Shown here in pieces: positions 1 through 9,989 of a stretch of 61,141 nt of DNA. The number at the start of each line of letters is the position of its first letter. The first letter of the stretch is position 1. The DNA is from a virus (lineage: Duplodnaviria > Caudoviricetes). Where the stretch lies: positions 1 to 61,141 of IMG/VR virus record IMGVR_UViG_3300037963_003681. One strand, given 5' to 3'. Under the pieces are notes generated by a model. It saw only the letters and a program-made list of their open reading frames with translations. It was not told where the DNA came from and did not search any database. The position numbers and the translations under genes were made by a program.

Positions 1-3000
1 TTCTCCTGCACCTGATATAACCACATTAGCAGCTACTGCACCAGGAACTCCTTTACCAACAGTTGTTACAGTTCGCGCTCCTTGAGCATAGTTAATTCCT
101 GCTCTAGCACCGGTGTCAACAACCATCACAGCACCAGAAGACTGTTCCGAAGTCAGACCCATCTGACCACCAATATATTGCCCTGCCACTTGGCCAGCAA
201 GACTTCCGCCAAAATTACGAACCCCGGCAGTGTCACCTGCTATATCCATTCCAGGTCTAGGTATACTTAAATTAGGACGACGAAAACCAAACCTTCCTTT
301 AGCTTTAGGCTTTGTTGGCTTTGTTGTTGATGGACCAACATCATCAGCTATATCGATTCTTTGCTTTGTTGTTACTCCTTGCTGTCTATTTTTAGCATCT
401 AATGCATCATTATCCATATAGCCAATCAATTGTCCGTTGTGCATAACCGGAGTTTGATCATCATAAATATCAATAAAATCAATAGTCGTACCACCAGCAG
501 CGTAAATTACTCCACCCCTACTATAAGATTTACTTGAACCAGCACTACTATTAATTGCTTTTAACAAACCCATATTTTGTTTAGTAGCCTTAGCGTTAAC
601 AACAAATTCACCAGGCGTTAACATTGCGGGTACAGTATCAGTTCCTCTTGGTTGATAATTTACATAGGTTCCATCGCTCGCATAAACAGGACCACCACTA
701 GCTAAAGGTCTAGCATTTGTAGTAGCTCCTGGTCTGCTAATACCTAACCCAGTACCTCTTAATTGTGCGGTATTGAAATTAAGCTTCACATCTTTTAAAG
801 CTTTCAGGAAATGATTACTAGTAGCTTGTAATACTTCTTTTTGTTTCTCTAAGATACCTGATTGTACCTGTTGACTAGCACCGATTAATTCTTTTTGTTG
901 TTGTTGTAGCATTCCTTTTAATGCTTGTATCTCTTGACTTTCACCAGGATCTTGCCTTAGATTTTCAATAATTGTTCTAAAGATAGGACTATTTTCTACA
1001 CCCATACCTTGAGCCTTAGCAAATCCTTCTAAAAGATCTGCTCTGATATTATTAATTTCTGCTCCTTCTAAACCACTCATCTGACTTAATTGATTAAATA
1101 ATCCTAATGCTGATTTTGTTTGACCAGCAAATGCCTGTTGTGCTGCAGCGTATGCTTCTTGTTGTGTAGAACCATTTTTAAGTGCTTCAAAATAAGCACG
1201 TTGAGCAGATTGAGATTGATTTATGGTGGTAATTTGACCACTAAGAGTACTATCTAGTAGTCTAAATGAATTACTTAATTCTGCTAATTCTTGAGGAGTA
1301 CTTCCTACTAGCTGCTCTCCAAACTGTGCTCCTGCGGATTGTATGGCTTGTTGCTCTTGAGCTATTCTTCCAATTTCAGCTATAATATCATTTATATTAC
1401 CTTCAATACTTTTAGGTAGGTTTGCAATAGCGGCTTCTGTAGCCTTGAGTGAACTTTCAGTCTCTCCTAATTTTTTAGTTAACGAAAGAAAAGCTTTAGA
1501 AGATCTTGCACTAGCATTGTCAGCATTATTGCCAAGTCTATTTAAAGAGGCATTTATATTCTTGACTTGTAATTTGAGATTATCTCTACGTCTACCAAGA
1601 TCAGTTGGATTGAGATTAGCTGTTTGTACACCTGCCTTTGTAGCATCTGTTTGTCTTCGGGCATCAATTCTATCACGTACACTGATTCTTTCGCCCAGTG
1701 CTTGTTTAAGTGCAATATTACTTTGTAAAATAGTATTTTGGTATGATGCTTGACTATCTCTTAATGACTGTTGTAGTTTACCATATTCATTAGCTCCATT
1801 AGCAGCAAACTGTAAAGCATCTTGTAAAAACTTTGCTGCTTTAGCTGCAGATTCTAATGCTTGATTACCAATATTAAATTCTGGAATTTGTTCCTCTAAT
1901 AATTTTTGAATATCAACGCCATCTCCACCCTTAGCAATTGCTTCCATCAAATTTTTACGAATTTGTTCTGTAAGATTAGTCTGACCAAACTGAGCTTCTA
2001 ACTGTTTAGTAACAGCGTCAACAGTATTCTCAGCAATCTTTTGTGGAGACTCTCCAGCTTGTTGACCTCTTGCAGCCTGACCAGCAATAATATCATTAAC
2101 ATCCAGACTAAATCTAGACATCTGTTCCATAAATGCACTATCTTGTCCAGCGAATTGTGAGCCTTGTCGAATAGCAGCATTCTGTTCTGCTCTACTAAAA
2201 TTACTAGGATTAGCTAACACATCAACAGATTTTAGAGTTGCTGTAAATCCTGTAGCTCCACTTACAATTTTTTGAATTGCTGTACTAGCTTGTGCTAAAT
2301 CATTAGAAGCGCCATCAACAGCACTATTTAAATTATTAAATGTTCTAGTGATACTAGCTGATTGAACTCTAAGAGCTGCTGATAATTTTTTAGATTCTCT
2401 TTCTTTTTCTATTTCAGCTGATGTAGCTTTATCTGTGGCTCTTTCCTCAGACACCATTTTTTGTTTAAGTTTATTAATTTGTTTAGTCTTCAAAGCTTCT
2501 GCTTTGTTACTACCATTAATCTTAGCTACTTGTTCTTGGAAAGCCGGACTAGCCTCAACAATTCCCTCGTATAGTGCATCTAAGCTACCTCCACCAGCAG
2601 CCAATGCAGCACTGGTTTCATCTAGTGTTTTACCCAAAGATAAATACTTATCAATTATAGCTCTAGCTGCTGATCCGCCAGCTTCATTATCAGCAATCGC
2701 CTGACCTGAAATATCAGCTTCTGTTCTTTGATCTCCACCGAAACGTCCACCACTAACAAAACTTAGAGCACTACTGATCATTCCAGGTTGAGCAGCTCGT
2801 TCATTAGCTGATGCTTTTTCTGTTTCTGCTTGTTGAATCTTGTTGAAGTTGGCTATAAGAGCTTGTTGTGCTGAAGCGTCTTTTGTGTTTTTACTAAATC
2901 TCTCCATTGCAGTTTCGCTTGCTTTAACTGCTTTATCTATTTTAACACCAGCCATTTCTGCTTCTTTTTGAGCAACGGCACTAGTGTATCCATCAACAGC

Positions 3001-6000
3001 CATAACCAAACCAGCTATAGCCCCAGCTGCTGCACCAATAGGACCAAGTTGAGAACCAATAGCTACGGCTGTACTAAAACCAGTAGCAGCACCAGCTATA
3101 CCGGCACCTGTTGTTCCACCAACAGCATTGCCTACTTGATCAGCTAACATAGGTCCAGCAAAAGCTAATGCTGTTCCAAACTTCTGCATCCCTTGCATGA
3201 ACTTACCTTCACCAATTTTGTCGATACGCGCCTTTGCGTTTTGAAACGCAGTAGCTATTGATCCCATAGCTTTACGAAATGTGGGCATACTTGTATCTAG
3301 GGTCATACTAAATTTTCGAGTAGATGCATTAAGTTGTTTTGTTGTATTAATACCTTGTTGTATTGCAGCAGCCATAGCCTTAGTGGTGCTACCTGTTTTA
3401 ATAAGAGTGCCTTTATATGCAGTTAATGCTTTTCCTGCAGCCTCAGGTCGGAACTGAGCTTTAAGTTTTTGAGCAGCAGCATCTGATTCTCTGGCAAGAA
3501 ACGCCATATCATCACCACTACGACTTAAGCCTCCAGCGGCAACTCTCTGTTGTACAACATCAGCGGAAGTTCTAGTGTCAGCAGCACCTTGATTTGCTCC
3601 AACTCCAGTTTCTCTTGCTTTTATTCTGTCTTGTCTACTAGGATCTCTTTGTGCTCCCCCCATACCTTTGACACCCTTTTGTCCGCCAGCAATAGCATCA
3701 ATTTCATCATCAATTTCAGTGACACCTTTATTGATTTGTCTTGATAAAGTCTTGAATGCGTTTCCTACCTCTTCTGCTGGCCAACCATCAGTCAATTTCG
3801 CCAATCTTTCAAAAGCCGCTATATTTTTCTTAGCAGCTTGCTGTAACATCGCTGCATCTTTACGATTCAATCCACCACCAGATATTACATCATCAACTAA
3901 TCCACCATTAGCAAATGTTTGCACACCATCAACAAACCCGCCCTTGTTATATCCTCGAATTCTTTGACCTTTATTCAAAGCATGTAATTTAGAAGGACCT
4001 AAGCGTGCTGCACTCTTTTTATTTATTACAAACTCACCGGGTGTTAATAAAGCAGGAACAGTGTCGGACGCAGCAATACTGCCTCCTCTAGCAGCTTTTT
4101 GAATTTTAACATCCTTATCTAATACTCCCTTTTTTAGAATCGCTGACTCAGGTAACAAAGTTCTTTTAGCATCTATGAAATTAGGAATTGCACCTTCTGT
4201 TACAAACTTTTTTAAGTTTTTATTTGCTGTACCCTTAAAATCAAAGATTTCTTTTCCACCTTTCGCTTCACCTAAAACACTAGAAGCAAAAGACTCTAAT
4301 CCATAGCCCTCTATAGCTCTTATTGCTGCTGGATCTCCCGCAAGTTTGGTTTTAGCCGGTTTCATTCCAGCCTTCTTTAAAGATTGTCCTATACCTTTAT
4401 CCATTTCTTTTAAACTTGCCTTCAACCAGCTTTCACCGAATGCTTCACCTGCTTCTGGACCAAGCAACATATTATTTACAGTACCCTTTACTGGATATTT
4501 TCTATTTGCACTCCTTGGCGCTTTTTTAATCATTTGCTTAGCAGTTCTATTACCACTATCAGCAATAGCTTGTAGTTCTACTCCGGTAGTTGCCTCTTTA
4601 GGGCCAACAGCACCTTTACCTGAGAATGCTGCCAACTGACCTACTGTGGCACTTAGCTTAAATGGAGCAGATTGTAATCTTTTGTTTTTTCTCGTTTTCT
4701 TCTCTTGCTCTACCTTGCCTGCTGCGGCGCTTTTGTTTTTTTGATTAAATCTGTTTTCATTCATAGCAGCAAGAGTACCTGCTCCTAATTTGTTAACACT
4801 ACTTTTGCGTATAACAAACTCTCCCGGAGTAAGCATAGCAGGAACAGTATCACGATTACCAACTCCTGGAACCACACCTCCTCTTGCGTAGCCTCGAACA
4901 TAGCCTCCAGAATTCAGAGTATTACCGCTACCACGCTTTATGCCTCCTAAAAATCCTCCACCAAATTGTGTTAATGCTTTAAAACCTTTAATAGCAAAAA
5001 TAGCAGTTAAAGCAGGAAGTGCGCTTTTAGCTGCATCAGCAACAGATATCAATGCACTACTAATATCTAATGCTGCTCTTGTCAGATCTCTAAATCCTGT
5101 AGAACCAGCAATACTTCTAATTAAAGCAGTAAATTGTTCCTGTACTTTTTGAATTTGATTAGCAAGACTTTGCTGTGCTACAGCCGAATCCCTAGCTAAT
5201 GATGAGCTACCTTGTTGTGCGACATTCAATGCTCTTTGTGCTGTACTGAACTGTTGAATAAGCGGAATTACTTTACCAATTTGACGGAATCCACCCAATT
5301 CTTCTACAATTCTACCGAATCTTAAATCTCTAGGATCTAATTGTCTCAACCCCTGACTTAACAATTGTATTGCTTTATAAGGACCAACAAATTTACCTTC
5401 TAAATCAGTTAATGTAATTCCAAAAGCTTTTAAAGAATCAATTGTATCAGTTCTTTGTATTCTAGTAAAAATAGTTCGTAAACCAGTAGCAATAGTTTCT
5501 GCACTTTCACGAGTCGTAGCACGAACACTTGTAAAGACAGCAATAAATTGATTAAGAGCGTCTGTACCTTCAGCAACGCCTTTACTTGCAGATGCAAACA
5601 CACCACCAGCACGAGAAATAGCTGTAATAATATCACCAGCTTCAACAGCAAACCGACCAGCAACAGCATTAATACTACCTAATGCACCCTCAAGCTGATT
5701 AGCTCCTATACCAAACTGTTTCATTAAAGCAATACTACCCTCTACAGTTCTATTCAAATCATCGAATGTTGGAGCCAAAGCACTACGAGCCAAAGCCTGT
5801 AGAGCTTTAGAAGTATCACTAGCACTAAGACCAGCCTGTGCTAAAGTTCTAGATATACCGATTAAGTCTTTAGAAGCAACACCTAGTCCAGTGGACAGTC
5901 TTGTAATATTTTGAGTTAAGAAATCTAAACTACCTACAGAGGTTTTACTAACCTGTGCTACTTTAATAAGTTCTTTTTCAAAATCTAAAAAATCTTTTGT

Positions 6001-6480
6001 TGCTGAAGTAACGGCATTAGAAACTTTATATATCACACCTGTAACAGTTGCAAAGGCAGCAAATCTACGTACAGCTAAAGCTGATTGTCTACCAAACTCT
6101 TCAAATTCAGAAGTTAAAACATTAGTAGCTTTCGCAGCTTGCTGGTTACTTTTAGCAATTTGAGATGCGCTTTGTGCAACCTGAGATATTTTTTGCGGGG
6201 TAGATTGTAAACTTGAGGATAGTTTTTGAGCAGAAGATGCTAAGTTTGATAATGATCTACTGGTAGAAGCTGCTAGGGTTTGGGTTTGTCTAAGTGTTTT
6301 ATTAAATGTAGTGAAAGATTTGTTAACTGTACTAATTTGTTTGGCTGTCTTTTGATTAATTTGTACATTAACATTGGTATTGATACTACCTAATTGTTTG
6401 CGTATGTTACCAACAACCTGTCTAATGTTAGACGGTCCTCTTAGATTAATTTCCGCTGTAAGGTTAAATCCTTTAGCCAT
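1..6480 (-). CDS. Tail tape measure protein (partial, >2160 aa, runs off left edge)
   Basis: ATG at 6480 (MAKGFNLTAEINLRGP...). It is absent from the ORF track, consistent with no stop inside the window. It has a TP901-type TMP core (FEKELIKVAQVS...LAQAGLS...INAVAGRFAVEAGDI...RESAETIATGLRTIFTRI), is Ala/Gln-rich and helical, and carries three in-frame DTVPA(M/L)LTPGEFV motifs. It lies downstream of the tail tube genes. Confidence 0.92.
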   Translation of the reverse strand, partial: MAKGFNLTAEINLRGPSNIRQVVGNIRKQLGSINTNVNVQINQKTAKQISTVNKSFTTFNKTLRQTQTLAASTSRSLSNLASSAQKLSSSLQSTPQKISQVAQSASQIAKSNQQAAKATNVLTSEFEEFGRQSALAVRRFAAFATVTGVIYKVSNAVTSATKDFLDFEKELIKVAQVSKTSVGSLDFLTQNITRLSTGLGVASKDLIGISRTLAQAGLSASDTSKALQALARSALAPTFDDLNRTVEGSIALMKQFGIGANQLEGALGSINAVAGRFAVEAGDIITAISRAGGVFASASKGVAEGTDALNQFIAVFTSVRATTRESAETIATGLRTIFTRIQRTDTIDSLKAFGITLTDLEGKFVGPYKAIQLLSQGLRQLDPRDLRFGRIVEELGGFRQIGKVIPLIQQFSTAQRALNVAQQGSSSLARDSAVAQQSLANQIQKVQEQFTALIRSIAGSTGFRDLTRAALDISSALISVADAAKSALPALTAIFAIKGFKALTQFGGGFLGGIKRGSGNTLNSGGYVRGYARGGVVPGVGNRDTVPAMLTPGEFVIRKSSVNKLGAGTLAAMNENRFNQKNKSAAAGKVEQEKKTRKNKRLQSAPFKLSATVGQLAAFSGKGAVGPKEATTGVELQAIADSGNRTAKQMIKKAPRSANRKYPVKGTVNNMLLGPEAGEAFGESWLKASLKEMDKGIGQSLKKAGMKPAKTKLAGDPAAIRAIEGYGLESFASSVLGEAKGGKEIFDFKGTANKNLKKFVTEGAIPNFIDAKRTLLPESAILKKGVLDKDVKIQKAARGGSIAASDTVPALLTPGEFVINKKSAARLGPSKLHALNKGQRIRGYNKGGFVDGVQTFANGGLVDDVISGGGLNRKDAAMLQQAAKKNIAAFERLAKLTDGWPAEEVGNAFKTLSRQINKGVTEIDDEIDAIAGGQKGVKGMGGAQRDPSRQDRIKARETGVGANQGAADTRTSADVVQQRVAAGGLSRSGDDMAFLARESDAAAQKLKAQFRPEAAGKALTAYKGTLIKTGSTTKAMAAAIQQGINTTKQLNASTRKFSMTLDTSMPTFRKAMGSIATAFQNAKARIDKIGEGKFMQGMQKFGTALAFAGPMLADQVGNAVGGTTGAGIAGAATGFSTAVAIGSQLGPIGAAAGAIAGLVMAVDGYTSAVAQKEAEMAGVKIDKAVKASETAMERFSKNTKDASAQQALIANFNKIQQAETEKASANERAAQPGMISSALSFVSGGRFGGDQRTEADISGQAIADNEAGGSAARAIIDKYLSLGKTLDETSAALAAGGGSLDALYEGIVEASPAFQEQVAKINGSNKAEALKTKQINKLKQKMVSEERATDKATSAEIEKERESKKLSAALRVQSASITRTFNNLNSAVDGASNDLAQASTAIQKIVSGATGFTATLKSVDVLANPSNFSRAEQNAAIRQGSQFAGQDSAFMEQMSRFSLDVNDIIAGQAARGQQAGESPQKIAENTVDAVTKQLEAQFGQTNLTEQIRKNLMEAIAKGGDGVDIQKLLEEQIPEFNIGNQALESAAKAAKFLQDALQFAANGANEYGKLQQSLRDSQASYQNTILQSNIALKQALGERISVRDRIDARRQTDATKAGVQTANLNPTDLGRRRDNLKLQVKNINASLNRLGNNADNASARSSKAFLSLTKKLGETESSLKATEAAIANLPKSIEGNINDIIAEIGRIAQEQQAIQSAGAQFGEQLVGSTPQELAELSNSFRLLDSTLSGQITTINQSQSAQRAYFEALKNGSTQQEAYAAAQQAFAGQTKSALGLFNQLSQMSGLEGAEINNIRADLLEGFAKAQGMGVENSPIFRTIIENLRQDPGESQEIQALKGMLQQQQKELIGASQQVQSGILEKQKEVLQATSNHFLKALKDVKLNFNTAQLRGTGLGISRPGATTNARPLASGGPVYASDGTYVNYQPRGTDTVPAMLTPGEFVVNAKATKQNMGLLKAINSSAGSSKSYSRGGVIYAAGGTTIDFIDIYDDQTPVMHNGQLIGYMDNDALDAKNRQQGVTTKQRIDIADDVGPSTTKPTKPKAKGRFGFRRPNLSIPRPGMDIAGDTAGVRNFGGSLAGQVAGQYIGGQMGLTSEQSSGAVMVVDTGARAGINYAQGARTVTTVGKGVPGAVAANVVISGAGE

Positions 6481-6491
6481 AATTTACCCTT

Positions 6492-6530
6492 AAAAAAATA
6501 ACGCCACGCTAGTAGACAGCACGGCGCTAT
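6492..6530 (-). terminator. Intrinsic terminator-like hairpin between chaperone-like gene and tape measure
   Basis: Minus strand AGCGCCGTGCTG-TCTAC-TAGCGTGGCGTT followed by ATTTTTTT; the stem has several G-U pairs. Confidence 0.55.
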
Positions 6531-6562
6531 TTAAAGAAATGAAAACCACCCCGAAAAGAAAA

Positions 6563-7426
6563 TTAATCTGATTCAGCTTTTTTTGCATCCTCGTCATCTG
6601 TTTTTGGTGCTTCATCTTCTTTTTTCTCTTCTTCAAGTATTACTGGATTGCCATCATCATCTAAAAATGGTTGACTATCAACAACATAATCCCCATCTTC
6701 ATCAACTCTATTACCGTCTTTATCAACAAAATTACCTTCTTTATCAATAAATCTACCACTTTCATCAACCAAGCGTCCGTCCGAATCAACAGTATGGCCT
6801 TCTTTGTTAATAAACCTTAAGTCTTCATTAACAAATTTATACTTTTTCAAGAACTTATTTTCTGGTAAGTTCTTTTCAAAGTTATTATCTAAACCATAAA
6901 TCATAGTTGCCAATTTGCTAGCACCAGCCAAAGCGACAGGATCATCATTCCTATCCATATAGTCTGCTAAGTCCTTAAAATAAGGCTTATCATTTTCTTT
7001 ATACACCACACAAGCACTAACTAAATAATTAAATCTAGCATTATCGGCTTGTCCTTCAGCACTATGGTTATCCAAACTAGTTCTCACACTAATCAAATCT
7101 CTAATCTCTAATCTAACATCCCGCATTTTTAGGGCAAGCTTTTTAGCGTCTGTTAAAGAAAAACCACCCTTTGCAAGTCTTTTCTCTCCATCATTGAGTT
7201 CTTGTTGCAAATTATCATATTTGGCTTGTTTCTCTTTATTCCACAATCCCTGATCCTCAAGAACATCATCCATTTTGGCTCTCACAACACTATTACTTTT
7301 GATAGCATCAGTAAACGCTGTGTTGTACGCCTTTTGTGCTTCTCTTTGATCCGCTAACGAAGGAGATCTGGCTGTAAAAGTCTTTTCTTCTCCGTCTATT
7401 TCCACCTTAAAATCCTCAGTTTTCAT
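6563..7426 (-). CDS. Putative tail assembly chaperone-like protein (287 aa) with C-terminal DxxG repeats
   Basis: Lies immediately upstream of the TMP; helical core; about six 7-aa repeats (VDSDGRL/VDESGRF/IDKEGNF/VDKDGNR/VDEDGDY); acidic tail. Function inferred from synteny only. Confidence 0.55.
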   Translation of the reverse strand: MKTEDFKVEIDGEEKTFTARSPSLADQREAQKAYNTAFTDAIKSNSVVRAKMDDVLEDQGLWNKEKQAKYDNLQQELNDGEKRLAKGGFSLTDAKKLALKMRDVRLEIRDLISVRTSLDNHSAEGQADNARFNYLVSACVVYKENDKPYFKDLADYMDRNDDPVALAGASKLATMIYGLDNNFEKNLPENKFLKKYKFVNEDLRFINKEGHTVDSDGRLVDESGRFIDKEGNFVDKDGNRVDEDGDYVVDSQPFLDDDGNPVILEEEKKEDEAPKTDDEDAKKAESD

Positions 7427-7439
7427 ATTAGTCCCTTTC

Positions 7440-7727
7440 TTAAGTATCTTTAGGTTTACCTAAATTATAGTAATATCTAGTGTTAAAATCGTTAGTTTTT
7501 GCAAAGTCCTCCTTAATATTCCTAATTTGATTGTTTCCCTGATTTAAAATTTGATTTCGGGTATAATCCCAAAGCTCTGCAAATTCTTCTTCTCTTTCAG
7601 TTAAAGGACCATCTTTGAAGTGACCCCATAAATGTCCGAAATTTTTTTCTACTTTGTCTAAAGCGCCTATCATAGTAGTTTTAATACGCTTCTCCATTTG
7701 ATATCTTAGCTTGTCTTTATTTGGCAT
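7440..7727 (-). CDS. Hypothetical protein (95 aa), tail assembly region
   Basis: ORF with AGGA RBS; overlaps the end of the upstream gene. Confidence 0.7.
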   Translation of the reverse strand: MPNKDKLRYQMEKRIKTTMIGALDKVEKNFGHLWGHFKDGPLTEREEEFAELWDYTRNQILNQGNNQIRNIKEDFAKTNDFNTRYYYNLGKPKDT

Positions 7728-8769
7728 GATGATTCCTATTTAATTCTCTTAGTTTTTGTTGAATTTCTCCTCTAACATCCTCTAATTGACTATCTTGAAT
7801 TGTCCCATGCTGTTTTACAGCTTCATTTCTATGTCGAATTTTTTGTAATCCTATCTTAGAATTTAAATCCAAAATGTCTCTGGCTTGTTCTTTATCATCT
7901 CCAGCCATTAAGAAGACTTCACTGCTATTCCTAATTTTATCACTCATCATACTATCTACACCTTTTTCTTTCTTTTGCTTCTTAATTTCTTCTTGATTGT
8001 GTATCATCCAACCATCCAAAGCATCATCATCTGCAATAATTTCCGCATCGGGAGATTCTGGGTGTTCATAAATTCTATCATACATATTACTTATATTTAT
8101 TAAAGATTTTTGTTCCTCTGAATATTCTATAGCAGAGTATGGGAATAGGTTGTCTTTATTATTCGTATAATAATTTCTCCAATATTCACTTCTAGCAATT
8201 CTTTTAAAATCTATTATATCTAGAACATTTTTAGAAATAACATCAATAATATTACTAAATTTTACATAAGGAACTTTCTCTTGTGTAGAAAAAACAGGGG
8301 TTTGGGTGTTATTATAAAATAATGTATGTTTAATAATATATTCGTGTCTAGCTGCTTTGGCTAAGTTCTCTAATACTAAAAAATCGAAAGAGTGAACTTG
8401 CATATGTAATTTAGCTAACTGTTTTTTTAGGTTCTCAATTTGTTTTCTGTTTCTTTTACGTTTTTTAATATCTATATATTCTTTATATAAAGACACTTTA
8501 GCTTTATCTAATCTTTTTTCTGTGTCTTGTACGATTTGCTGATGATTTGGTAAAATAATTTTAGCATTAATAAGATACTGTAAAAGATCTTCTTCTAATA
8601 TAAAATCATTATACAAGTTAGACTCGTATATATCTTGATAGATCATATCCGCGTCTACTTGTAAATTTATAGAAGGACTACAAAGACAAAGCAGGTCGTT
8701 GCCATAAGACAGGACCTGCTTTTTGCTTAATATTCTATGAACTAATTGTTCTATATTTTTTGTTTCCAC
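7717..8769 (-). CDS. Hypothetical protein (350 aa), possible tail assembly chaperone
   Basis: GTG start; directly follows the tail tube gene; helical and charged. Confidence 0.55.
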   Translation of the reverse strand: METKNIEQLVHRILSKKQVLSYGNDLLCLCSPSINLQVDADMIYQDIYESNLYNDFILEEDLLQYLINAKIILPNHQQIVQDTEKRLDKAKVSLYKEYIDIKKRKRNRKQIENLKKQLAKLHMQVHSFDFLVLENLAKAARHEYIIKHTLFYNNTQTPVFSTQEKVPYVKFSNIIDVISKNVLDIIDFKRIARSEYWRNYYTNNKDNLFPYSAIEYSEEQKSLINISNMYDRIYEHPESPDAEIIADDDALDGWMIHNQEEIKKQKKEKGVDSMMSDKIRNSSEVFLMAGDDKEQARDILDLNSKIGLQKIRHRNEAVKQHGTIQDSQLEDVRGEIQQKLRELNRNHHAK

Positions 8770-8830
8770 TATTCAATATAATCCATCCTTTATTTCCTAT
8801 AATACCATCATCCATCTTCTAACGGTTAGC

Positions 8831-9943
8831 TTATGCTGCACCGAAATCAGTATCACTAACAACTGCGGTATACTCGTAACCAGCAGTATTAACACTACTA
8901 CCAGCTCCATCATCATTAGCAGGGAAGTGGGTGAAGTGACTATAGGTTAGGTAACTGTAAGTAGCAGTTGCGTTTCCACCACCGGTGTCTCCACCTTCGT
9001 AGCTTACGCTCTGTAGCTTACATTTCTTACCAAGGTCAAAACTACTACCGTCACAAAGCTGTACTTTAATCTGCTTATCGATCAAAGCCTTTGGATTAGC
9101 ACAAGCTTCTTCACTTTCAACAGCACCAACCATGTCACCAGTTGCTGCAATAGTTTCGATATCACAGGTAACTTCAACAGGGAAGTTGACAAAACGAGTA
9201 TAAGGTAATCTAGCACCTAAGGAGTAAATTTCTTCACGACCAAGGTCCATACTCATACTAACACTTTGAATTTTACTTTGACTTGGAATACCACCACTAG
9301 CAGTAACAACTGTGGAAGCATCAGCACCACCAGCAGTACCACTATTAGGGAATTTAGATCTACCTAAATCCAACATCTGTCTACGAACGATACCAGCACC
9401 ACTATTAGGATTATCAGCTGCAGGACGCATACCAGCACCAATATCTGTAGCACTAGGCTGCGATGAGGTTAAATTTAACCAACTCTTGTTATTACCCACA
9501 ATTGTAACATCTTCAGTAAAATTACCGTCTGAAGGGAAATTATACGTTACACTACTAAGGTATGCAGGTTGGATTTCACAAGCTGCAATAGCTGGACCAC
9601 TAGCGTCAGTAGCAGTATCATCATGAATTGTTAATCTGACACTACAACGATTTTCAGCAACTGCTGAGATGTCTCCAGTACCCATAGCCATACTATAAAT
9701 AGTAGGCATACCATCAAGTACCTTGTTAAGACTAACTTCAACATCAGGAATGTCTTCAAAATTTTCATAAAGATCCAATTGACCTAACTGATAGATAGGC
9801 TCTAGATTAAAATTTGTATTAATACCTACGCTCTGTAAGCCTTGAATCGTAGTAAAATCTGTGTTTGCTGGCGCATTGGAACCAGACGGTCCAGCAAGCT
9901 GAACTGACTGACAAGCGTAGAAAACTCTATTATTATTAGCCAT
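8831..9943 (-). CDS. Major tail (tube) protein, putative
   Basis: MANNNRVFYACQSV... with IQGLQSVGINTNFNLEPIYQLGQ and a second similar IQSVSMSMDLGREEIYSLGA segment; GGAG RBS; located between tail completion genes and the TMP. Confidence 0.7.
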   Translation of the reverse strand: MANNNRVFYACQSVQLAGPSGSNAPANTDFTTIQGLQSVGINTNFNLEPIYQLGQLDLYENFEDIPDVEVSLNKVLDGMPTIYSMAMGTGDISAVAENRCSVRLTIHDDTATDASGPAIAACEIQPAYLSSVTYNFPSDGNFTEDVTIVGNNKSWLNLTSSQPSATDIGAGMRPAADNPNSGAGIVRRQMLDLGRSKFPNSGTAGGADASTVVTASGGIPSQSKIQSVSMSMDLGREEIYSLGARLPYTRFVNFPVEVTCDIETIAATGDMVGAVESEEACANPKALIDKQIKVQLCDGSSFDLGKKCKLQSVSYEGGDTGGGNATATYSYLTYSHFTHFPANDDGAGSSVNTAGYEYTAVVSDTDFGAA

Positions 9944-9989
9944 AGTGGATCTCCGAAAGATGTTTTTGTGGGAATTTTAAATATTTACC

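Noticed and set aside
6563-6590. Programmed -1 frameshift at the A7 run near the end of the pre-TMP gene
   Set aside because: The -1 frame reads AGC TGA and stops immediately, so no G-T-like extension is possible.
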